Below are positions 26,101-32,133 of a stretch of 33,750 nucleotides of DNA, piece after piece. The translations under genes were made by a program, and so were the position numbers. The notes under the pieces were generated by a model that was not told the DNA's origin, made no database searches, and saw only the letters and a program-made list of their open reading frames with translations. The stretch is from Acidimicrobiia bacterium (GTDB lineage Bacteria; Actinomycetota; Acidimicrobiia; Spongiisociales; ZC4RG35), in assembly GCA_031389635.1 (NCBI GenBank), contig JANMST010000262.1, positions 1 through 33,750 of the forward strand, written 5' to 3'. Each line of letters begins with the position of its first letter. Positions within the stretch are counted from its first letter, which is position 1.

Positions 26101-26961
26101 CGATGGGGGCAGGCATTCTGCCAGGAGCACCTGGCCACTATCAGCCAGGGCAGCGGCGACCTCGCAACGGCCCGCGATCTCATAAACCGGGGCCTTGCTC
26201 TCCTGGAAGGGGGAGGACACCGCTGGGTCGAGGTCCATCTCCGCCGGCTCGGTGTGGAAGTCGAACTCGAGGCCAACGAGCCCGACCAGGCGGCGCTCCA
26301 GGTCGAAATCGCACGCCGGCTTTGCGACGAGCTCGGTCTGGCCGATGTTGCTCCCACCATCGAAAGCCTCGATGCCCTCGTGAAACTGAGCTACGGGCAG
26401 GTGGACGAGGCCCTCATGTCCGCTCGACGAGCTACCAACCTTCTGCAGAGAGGGACCGAGTTGCCGCATCTGGTCTGGTTCAGGCGCTACTTGGTCGCCA
26501 AAGCTGCGGGAGCGGATACCGATGCGGTCGACTCCTTGGCCAGGTCAGTGGCGCTCCTTACCCGGGTTCTCGATTCGTTTGGAACCGATGATCGCCGCCT
26601 GGCCATTACACGGGCCCACCATGTTCGAGCGATCATCGAGGCGCGGGATCGAAGCTTTCCCCAGATCCAGGAAATTCGCCTCCCGCTGGCCGGGATTCCC
26701 CTCGGGCGATCGTTAAAGGGCGGGGACTGGACCCAGGTCCGCTGGACCGTGTCCGATCCCTCCGATTTCGACGTGCCCGACCCGGTCGGGCGGCGTCGGC
26801 TCAGAATCAGGCGTTTCCTCGATGAGGCGGCCCGGCAGGGCGCCGACCCCCGTATCGAGGATGTCGCCACCGCACTGGGGGTGAGCGTGGCCACGGTCCG
26901 CAGGGACGTGGCCGAACTCAGACGAGCGGGTTCCGGACTGAGCACCCGCGGCAGCCGTTAA
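23122..26961 (+). CDS. SARP/AfsR-like regulator: OmpR-type wHTH + BTAD + AAA/NB-ARC-like ATPase + TPR + extra C-terminal HTH (1279 aa)
   Basis: Domain evidence is IRIHLLGGFLLEHDG, the BTAD segment (LRESAHREVMRLSFLLGHSNEALRQYERCADILSEELG), Walker A LVEGESGIGKSRL, Walker B VLFIDDAQWLDEES and TPR helices. The C-terminus IEDVATALGVSVATVRRDVAELRRAG is DeoR-like. The start is 23122 (GGAAG RBS) or 23158. Confidence 0.9.
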   Translation: MYGRRRFARFVCMAPIRIHLLGGFLLEHDGRNMPPIPSAAGRSLFAYLVTNRDRRHTRDLVAGTFWPDLPEQGARRRLSQAWWQIQTSLQDVKSGHPFIEATLFDVAFVATDYWLDIAEFDRQISTAAKQAVTRDPAESGSLEQAVDLYRGEFLAGFYDDWTHFERERLRSQYLVSLERLIALHKSRADYETAQYFARRLSLHDPLRESAHREVMRLSFLLGHSNEALRQYERCADILSEELGRRPSTETEELRIHIAQMREKGESPFAPTINAPLLNAAQRIPLVGRTEERSSILRRMEDTLHGRGGVILVEGESGIGKSRLVEELIDDAQWRGLSPLLATCSEAELLHPLQGLRRALQSGLTRLRFDQLQAVLHRNTLAELAELVPHIRGWLNDSGLAAGPPDGNAREQHLHTIRSALFALADLNPIVLFIDDAQWLDEESAAVLAELAPDIADHGLLIQLSYRDSEVRDRPVMWQRLLDIDARTNTQRIKIIALDLVESGRLVEESLGETKADPDLVEGLYLETGGNPLFILESLRGWHENTLEGLGHESLDRRLTLPPTSGVTSVISRRLQSLSAQAKAVLEATAVLGGQARSRLVASMTGLPMATTVQSVTDLVRRGLLRENVAGYEVPHDQLRRVVLGGIDGAMLKVIHERAANAIETEQPDLVEDLAYHFSASHIADKAYRYSLLSARRAVALGAYDIAVRQFENAARWAVGDERYPVLTEWEEALAVLGLRSEQHRILNELAEVAVGPEKKAELARRRSRLFAEEGNHRQAVEVANQALVDSEAGVPPLLKARLLQNLGLVMARSGRAQEALPHLEAAVEVLGDDVVSRAAALCELGNVLCEVQEYQRASVALAEAKSLYEDIGDLRGTAEVNSQLAIVSMELGDGDTAISLYTAALQISRELDYRRGQAVNLANLANVLYTQGKVGPALGHYQEAASIFSEIGNRLGAALVSTNAASVRYLVLGDASVEADIRRSLAYFEQEDHRWGQAFCQEHLATISQGSGDLATARDLINRGLALLEGGGHRWVEVHLRRLGVEVELEANEPDQAALQVEIARRLCDELGLADVAPTIESLDALVKLSYGQVDEALMSARRATNLLQRGTELPHLVWFRRYLVAKAAGADTDAVDSLARSVALLTRVLDSFGTDDRRLAITRAHHVRAIIEARDRSFPQIQEIRLPLAGIPLGRSLKGGDWTQVRWTVSDPSDFDVPDPVGRRRLRIRRFLDEAARQGADPRIEDVATALGVSVATVRRDVAELRRAGSGLSTRGSR

Positions 26962-27078
26962 CGCCACGACCGTTGGTTGCCGGCATGAGCGCTTAGTTCG
27001 GCCAACTCCACCCTTTCCCACGAGATAGGGGTGAGACAAGCGTCCTGCATGCTCACCCACAGAAGAAGGAGGTCGAAA

Positions 27079-27171
27079 ATGCGTCGAGTTCTGACGCTCG
27101 TAACCCTGGCAATAACCACCCTGCTCGTAACCGCGGCCCCGGCCCTGGCAAGCGTGGTCAACATTCATTGA
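27079..27171 (+). CDS. Unannotated 30-codon ORF: Sec-type signal peptide followed by the hexapeptide SVVNIH (candidate secreted pro-peptide)
   Basis: An AAGGAGG RBS (27066..27072) lies 6 nt before the ATG. The translation is MRRVLTLVTLAITTLLVTAAPALA/SVVNIH, with a positive n-region, a hydrophobic core and an AxA site. It lies 117 nt downstream of, and co-directional with, the TPR regulator. Confidence 0.45.
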   Translation: MRRVLTLVTLAITTLLVTAAPALASVVNIH

Positions 27172-27180
27172 ATCAACCAA

Positions 27181-27196
27181 GCCGCCAGCAGGCGGC
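27181..27196 (+). terminator. Short GC hairpin (GCCGCC-AGCA-GGCGGC) 10 nt after the small ORF
   Basis: The inverted repeat is seen directly. There is no U-tract, so the terminator call is weak. Confidence 0.25.
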
Positions 27197-27353
27197 GGCC
27201 GCCTCGGACAGGTTCAACATTTAGCTCGTGGTGGACCCAGCGAATAAGCAGGCCAATCGGTCCCAGTCGACGGGGGAATGTCACTGGAGACCAGGGGCTG
27301 CTCCGGATCGCTAGGGGAGTCGGAGAACCCGTCCGGGGCGGCTGTTCCTATTG

Positions 27354-27476
27354 ACGTGGTGCGTGGTGCGTAGGAACCCGTGGTGGGTGGTGCGTGGTGC
27401 GTTCCGTAAAAGCCTTCTCGTGATTGATATATCGCGTGTTTGAAACGCACCACACACCACGCACCACGCACCACGC
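27354..27476. repeat. Heptad repeat array (GTGGTGC) in inverted configuration, forming a long imperfect hairpin
   Basis: Direct heptads sit at 27356-62, 27363-69, 27380-86, 27387-93 and 27394-400. Inverted heptads (GCACCAC/ACACCAC) sit at 27447-53, 27454-60, 27461-67 and 27468-74. The AT-rich ~40-nt loop contains TTGATATAT. Confidence 0.85.
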
Positions 27477-27479
27477 TCT

Positions 27480-28559
27480 TTATGGTGCTTTCGGGTGGGG
27501 GATTAGGTACTCGGGGTCGTCCCACTGGATCCGGGCCTGGTCGACCGCCAACTTGTAGGTCGAATCGGCCGTCATGCGGTCCTTTACGCTCTGATGGATC
27601 CGGGGGTCGGGGGGCTCTTCGGGCCCGGACTTGAAGGCCTCGATCGTCCTGGTCCTGAAGGTGAGCAGCGCCCAGATCCAACCGGCCTTGTGGACCCGGC
27701 CCCGGGCATGGGTCGGATCGAGTTTGCAGGTCTTGGCGTAAGCCCGCGGCCGCAAGAGCAAACCCTCATCGAGGGCACGATCGGTCATCCATTTCAGCGA
27801 CACCACGGACAACTCGACCTGGTCCTTGAAGCCACCACCCACATCGCTGTGGACACCGGCAAACCACACCTCCCGTAGGTCCGGAGTTGTCTTCGCGTCG
27901 GCGAGGTACTCCCGATAGGGTCGCCGGCGCTCGTCGATGGAGACTGCGTGTCGAACCACGCGGGCATTGGGGAGTTGCCGGGTGTAAAGCCATTGCGGAT
28001 TCCACCGCAGTAGTCCGAGGGCCTTGACCGAGTCCCACAGCCCCAGGAAGTGGAGAGGAAGAGACAAGCTGCCCTCGCTCTCGACGGAGAAAGATTTGGC
28101 GAACCGATCGATCCTGTCCCAATCGTCCTTCTTCCAGGAGTTGCCTTTGGTGTAGGCGGACACGAGGTAATTGACGAGGTTCTCGGCCCCGCGTCTCATC
28201 AGTCCGCCCCGGTGAGCCATGCCAACCAGGGCGCGGGCCGTGTAGGCCCCTCGGCTAAAACCGAAAACATAGACACGGTCGCCGGGTTCATAGACCTGCA
28301 TCAGGTAGGTGTACGCCTCGGCCATATTGACCTTGATTCCGAAGCCGAATGTGAGTCCGAGCAGCTTGGTCAGGGCTCTTCCCCACGACGTCCAGGCGCC
28401 CTGGGCGCCGAAGGTACCAACCCCGGGGTCGTAGAAGGCGACCTGACGTTCCGGGTCTGAGAGGTCGAGCATCTCATAGAGGTTCACCACGTTCGAGGTG
28501 CCCCGGGCCTTGATCTGGTTGCCAGTGCCATCGAGGCACAAAACGATGTTCTTGGCCAT
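27480..28559 (-). CDS. DUF2235 alpha/beta hydrolase (T6SS Tle1-like phospholipase family)
   Basis: The N-terminus is MAKNIVLCLDGTGNQ. The nucleophile elbow is VFGFSRGAYTARAL. Other family segments are FLGLWDSV and FAGVHSDVGGG. Confidence 0.85.
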   Translation of the reverse strand: MAKNIVLCLDGTGNQIKARGTSNVVNLYEMLDLSDPERQVAFYDPGVGTFGAQGAWTSWGRALTKLLGLTFGFGIKVNMAEAYTYLMQVYEPGDRVYVFGFSRGAYTARALVGMAHRGGLMRRGAENLVNYLVSAYTKGNSWKKDDWDRIDRFAKSFSVESEGSLSLPLHFLGLWDSVKALGLLRWNPQWLYTRQLPNARVVRHAVSIDERRRPYREYLADAKTTPDLREVWFAGVHSDVGGGFKDQVELSVVSLKWMTDRALDEGLLLRPRAYAKTCKLDPTHARGRVHKAGWIWALLTFRTRTIEAFKSGPEEPPDPRIHQSVKDRMTADSTYKLAVDQARIQWDDPEYLIPHPKAP

Positions 28560-28686
28560 GACGATCTCCTGACTTATTTGCTAGCGGAATTGGACGGGCC
28601 CTGTCGAACGGAGCGAGCCTCGTTCGTCTACTAGGCAGATTGGTCGACGGAAAGGCCGTCCGACCCCGTAATCGGAAGGAGTTGCG

Positions 28687-29025
28687 ATGGCAGCCAAGGT
28701 AATCCACTTCGAAGTGGTGGGTAAGGACGCCGGGGCCTTGCAGAAGTTCTACAGCGAAGTCTTCGACTGGAAACTCGACACGAACAGCCCGAGCGGATAC
28801 GGCATGGTGGCTCCCGAGGTTGGACTGGCCGGCGGCATCGGTGGGACCCCGGACGGCTCGGCCGGGCACGTGACGTTCTACGTGCAGACCGATGATCCCA
28901 AGGCAACACTCGAAAAGGTCGAGCGACTCGGCGGCAAGGTCGTGATGCCGTTGACCGAGATCGCGCCAGAGACGACCATCGCTCTCTTCGCCGACCCCGA
29001 AGGTCACGTCATCGGGCTGATGTAG
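28687..29025 (+). CDS. VOC (glyoxalase/bleomycin-resistance) family protein
   Basis: A GGAAGGAG RBS is present. Family segments are VIHFEVVGKDAGALQKFYSEVFDW, VTFYVQTDD and ALFADPEGHVIGL. Confidence 0.85.
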   Translation: MAAKVIHFEVVGKDAGALQKFYSEVFDWKLDTNSPSGYGMVAPEVGLAGGIGGTPDGSAGHVTFYVQTDDPKATLEKVERLGGKVVMPLTEIAPETTIALFADPEGHVIGLM

Positions 29026-29048
29026 CCCACCGACATCCGTCGTCCGCA

Positions 29049-29089
29049 GCCAGAGCGACCACCACCGACTGATGGGTGGTCGCTCTGGC
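29049..29089. terminator. Perfect 15-bp stem hairpin between convergent genes (bidirectional terminator candidate)
   Basis: GCCAGAGCGACCACC (29049..29063) pairs with GGTGGTCGCTCTGGC (29075..29089). It is followed by TTGTCGTT. Confidence 0.7.
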
Positions 29090-29096
29090 TTGTCGT

Positions 29097-29345
29097 TCAA
29101 CCCTTGGCTGTCGTTCGATCTTTTGCTGGGCTCGTTTCCGGAGCCAGAGCAGCCTCAGCCGCTCGGAGTGCACCTGGTAGGTCGAGATCCTCCCCTGCTC
29201 TGATCTCCCTGTTGCGGTCGCTGACATCCATTCTCAGGACGAGCTTCTCGCGAAGTTCGTTGGCGAAGTTGCGATCCACCGGTGGTCGCTCGCCTCCCAG
29301 ATCGTTGTAGATCTTCTCGGCCGCGCCCCACAAACGGGCCGCCGG
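29097..29345 (-). pseudogene. Detached C-terminal tail of a large ATPase-TPR regulator, in a different frame from the cyclase ORF
   Basis: The frame reads ARLWGAAEKIYNDLGGERPPVDRNFANELREKLVLRMDVSDRNREIRAGEDLDLPGALRAAEAAL. This matches the conserved tail pattern (RLLGAAEALRE.G.PLPP..R.......G..L.L..A...AL) of SARP/cyclase-ATPase-TPR proteins. No ATPase or TPR body lies upstream. Confidence 0.55.
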
Positions 29346-30486
29346 GTTGACCTTGTCCTGGGCTGCGGGCGGCGTCGAGGGAGCGCAGAGGCGGAAAGCG
29401 TTCCATCAACCCGTCGGCAGCCACCTGGTAGATGTGATCGTCCGAGGGGAAGTCCTTGAGGCGGTGCCGGCCGAGATCGACGAGCGAGAAGTTCTGGCGG
29501 CCCCCGACGAGGCGGGCGGTGGTGGATGAAACCAGTATCTGACCGCCGTGACCGGCGGCCGCAATCCGGGCACCACGGTGGACGTCGATACCGAGGTAAC
29601 GGTCGCCAACCAGGGTTGCTTCGCCAGTGTGAAGGCCCATCCGCACTCTGACGATGGCGTGGTCGGGCCAGGCATGTGCGGCCAGTTCGCGCTGCGCCCC
29701 TACGGCCCCGGCCACGGCAGAGACCGCCGACGGAAAGACGGCGAAGAAGCCGCCACCGGCCGTGTCCACCTCGGCTCCGCCACCCCGGCTGATCGCACTG
29801 CGAACGATCGCGTGGTGTGCCTCGATGAGTGTGGAGTAGCGGTCCCCGAGCTGGCGCAGCAGAGCCGTCGACCCTTCGATGTCTGTGAAGAGATACGTGA
29901 CAGTGCCCTGCGGAAGCGAGGACTCCCCTTCCTCCCGGTCGAGGAAGCGCTCGCTGATCAGAACCGCCAGATCCTCCGACACCAACTGCCCCAGCTCTTC
30001 TGGAGTCGAGAAAGTTCGGTAACTGAGCTCGGCGTCCGACATGATCTCTCCGAGGAACCGGGTCAAGCCGGGTTGGCGGCCCGGGGAAGGCTCCTTCACG
30101 TAGATGAGGCGAGGCCTCTCCTTCCATTCCGCGAACTCTTCTTCGATGCCCGTGGGGCCGCCGCCCTCGGCGGCCCAGCCGATGCTCTCCCAGTAGATGC
30201 CGACGAAAACGTCGCTTTGGTCGAGATATGAGAGGTATACGTCGCGAGGTGAGTGATCACGAGCGCCTACCTCGAACATGATCGGGGTCAGCCGCAGCTG
30301 CTCGATCGCCTCCCGGGCGTACTGGCGTTCTGCGGCGAGTTCTTCAAGAGTCGAACTCACGAAGATTCTGAGCCGACGATCTGGGGTCGTAATCACTGTT
30401 TGGGCGACTTCAGCTGGCGGGCTGATCCGCCTGTCGTCGACGACCGAGTCCGAGCGCCTCCATGTCGGCATGGTCGAGATCGTCAC
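29155..30486 (-). CDS. DUF4062-like domain + class III cyclase homology domain protein, apparently truncated (the last ~70 codons look out of frame)
   Basis: The DUF4062-like segments are RIFVSSTLEELAAERQYAREAI and DVFVGIYWESIG. The cyclase segments are VTYLFTDIEGST, RMGLHTGEATL and FPPLRSL. After about 29370 the frame becomes Arg/Gly/Gln-rich junk. The GTG at 30396 would avoid the 77-nt overlap with the upstream gene. Confidence 0.65.
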   Translation of the reverse strand: MTISTMPTWRRSDSVVDDRRISPPAEVAQTVITTPDRRLRIFVSSTLEELAAERQYAREAIEQLRLTPIMFEVGARDHSPRDVYLSYLDQSDVFVGIYWESIGWAAEGGGPTGIEEEFAEWKERPRLIYVKEPSPGRQPGLTRFLGEIMSDAELSYRTFSTPEELGQLVSEDLAVLISERFLDREEGESSLPQGTVTYLFTDIEGSTALLRQLGDRYSTLIEAHHAIVRSAISRGGGAEVDTAGGGFFAVFPSAVSAVAGAVGAQRELAAHAWPDHAIVRVRMGLHTGEATLVGDRYLGIDVHRGARIAAAGHGGQILVSSTTARLVGGRQNFSLVDLGRHRLKDFPSDDHIYQVAADGLMERFPPLRSLDAARSPGQGQPGGPFVGRGREDLQRSGRRATTGGSQLRQRTSREARPENGCQRPQQGDQSRGGSRPTRCTPSG

Positions 30487-31408
30487 CGGGAATCACTGCC
30501 ACCCTCGCGTTTGTTGCAGCCCGGAGCGTGGCCATCCGAAGCCCGGATCCAAGTGCCGCCTGCTCACCCACGATCGCTCCCGGGCCCACCTCGGCCACTT
30601 CGGCACCGTCGATCTCGACCACCAGCAACCCGTCGAGCAGCAGGAATACCTCAGTGCTGTGCTGACCCTGGCTGACGAGAATCTCACCTTCTCGCAGGCT
30701 TCGCCTCGCCACGTTCCGGTCCTTCATGATCAAATTGGAGAGGCGTCTTTCACAATCCGATTCGACCTCGACGACCATGACCGGACTGTCGGGCCCGCCC
30801 CATGGTGTGTTCTCCTCCGGAGATCCGTACCAGTCGGCGAAGTCCATGATGGCGGACTTCTCGACGAGGCGTTGCTCCTCGTTGTAGACCCAATGGCGGG
30901 GAATGGCGCTGGCACCGGTCATCCGATGGCTGCAGGTCCCGTCCGGAAAGATGGTCAGAGTCAGGGTCGTCCATACCGGAGGGGCCACAAGCCGAATACG
31001 GTTGGTCCCGGCGATACGCCGGGGCGACGGCAGCGAGGTCCGGCCTCCCACGGTCTGGACGAAGGTGATTCCGCCGCCGTCGCTGAACGGTTCGGGCCGC
31101 AGGACCGGATATAGGACCGGTGTGAACCTGAGCCGGGCCGGGCCGAAGTGAACTTCGCTCCCCGAGATCATTCCCTTCCCGAGGTGGCCCCATCGCACCG
31201 CCTGACCATCCTCGACCTCGATGAAGGCGTTGAGATGGTTGGCGAACCGGAAGGCTCCTTGCTCCCCCATCTTCTCGAGATCATCGATCCGATCTGGAGG
31301 CGGTGGGTCATATCTGGTCACGCCCAACTCGAAGGGCAACGAGATGATTCCCTGCACTGCCTGCGAGGGAAGCCATGAGACGGAGGTAACGCTTCTCTCA
31401 AACCTCAT
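30410..31408 (-). CDS. Protein with an unknown ~230-aa N-terminal domain and a C-terminal cyclic-nucleotide-binding (cNMP/CAP-type) domain
   Basis: A GAGGAG RBS lies 7 nt before the ATG at 31408 (MRFERSV). The cNMP-binding pattern is LREGEILVSQGQHSTEVFLLLDGLLVVEIDG...VGPGAIVGEQAAL...RMATLRAATNARVAVI. Confidence 0.8.
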   Translation of the reverse strand: MRFERSVTSVSWLPSQAVQGIISLPFELGVTRYDPPPPDRIDDLEKMGEQGAFRFANHLNAFIEVEDGQAVRWGHLGKGMISGSEVHFGPARLRFTPVLYPVLRPEPFSDGGGITFVQTVGGRTSLPSPRRIAGTNRIRLVAPPVWTTLTLTIFPDGTCSHRMTGASAIPRHWVYNEEQRLVEKSAIMDFADWYGSPEENTPWGGPDSPVMVVEVESDCERRLSNLIMKDRNVARRSLREGEILVSQGQHSTEVFLLLDGLLVVEIDGAEVAEVGPGAIVGEQAALGSGLRMATLRAATNARVAVIPGDDLDHADMEALGLGRRRQADQPAS

Positions 31409-31740
31409 AAGGGGCTCCTCGACTAGAAGAAGACTCGTCCGCCAGGGCGGTCGCGAGGCACGGAGCCGCACTTAGCTGGAGGGCACTCTCCGCTTCGGGT
31501 TCGCCCGTCAAAGAGCCGCGCCCTTCGCCTCGGCAGTTGAGGCTACTACCGGCGCTGGGAGGCTGGGCGCCGCGCAACCCCAGCCTCGTCTGGCGCGGCG
31601 AGTTGCTCCTGGTGTCGATCGTCCGCGCCAAAACGAGGGTTTGGGAGCGTTCGCCAGAACCTCCGAGGACCTCCATCGAGGCGTAGCATCCGCTGCTCAT
31701 TGATTCATCCCCTAGATGAACAGGATGAGAGGTTTCGAAC

Positions 31741-32121
31741 ATGCTGAATGAGTTCCGTGTCCATGCGACCCTGCCGGCCGTAGATCTCGAACGGGCCAAG
31801 CGTTTCTATCGGGAGACTCTTGGCTTCGAGCTTGAGTCCGAGAATCCGGCCGCGGCCTTCTTCGTAAGTGCCGGTGGCACCCGGTTCGTGGTGTTCGCTA
31901 CTCCTAATCCCGAGCGGGCCGGCCACACCCAGGCCGGATGGGAGGTCACCGACATCGGGAAGGTGGTCACGGACTTGAAGACTCTTGGGGTCGTCTTCGA
32001 GGAGTACGACTTTCCCGGCCTCAAGACGGTCGAGAGCATCGCCGACAACCCCGCCGGTCGGGCCGCCTGGTTCAAGGACTCCGAGGGCAACACCCTCGGA
32101 TTGATCCAGATTTCCGGGTAG
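31741..32121 (+). CDS. VOC (glyoxalase) family protein
   Basis: Family segments are VHATLPAVDLERAKRFYRETLGFEL, GWEVTDI and AAWFKDSEGNTLGLIQ. Confidence 0.85.
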   Translation: MLNEFRVHATLPAVDLERAKRFYRETLGFELESENPAAAFFVSAGGTRFVVFATPNPERAGHTQAGWEVTDIGKVVTDLKTLGVVFEEYDFPGLKTVESIADNPAGRAAWFKDSEGNTLGLIQISG

Positions 32122-32133
32122 AGACTTGCCGAT

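Noticed and set aside
25333-26469. A 378-aa ORF on the - strand
   Set aside because: It lies entirely inside, and antisense to, the SARP-ATPase-TPR gene, whose frame carries clear motifs. It is a shadow ORF.
27214-27681. A 155-aa reverse-strand ORF crossing the heptad-repeat hairpin
   Set aside because: It overlaps the 3' end of the DUF2235 gene out of frame and simply reads through the repeat array (HHAPPTT...). It is not coding-like.
29308-29334. The reading PFVGRGREDL in the cyclase frame, resembling the FVGRE.EL motif that precedes the ATPase domain in cyclase/SARP-ATPase proteins
   Set aside because: The same nucleotides in another frame give the much longer and better-matching tail ARLWGAAEKIYNDLGG.... 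No Walker A follows in the first frame, so I treat it as coincidental.
29234-30127. A 297-aa alternative-frame ORF on the - strand
   Set aside because: It is on the same strand as the DUF4062-cyclase ORF but out of frame. It is Arg/Gly/Pro-rich, and the motif-bearing frame is the other one.
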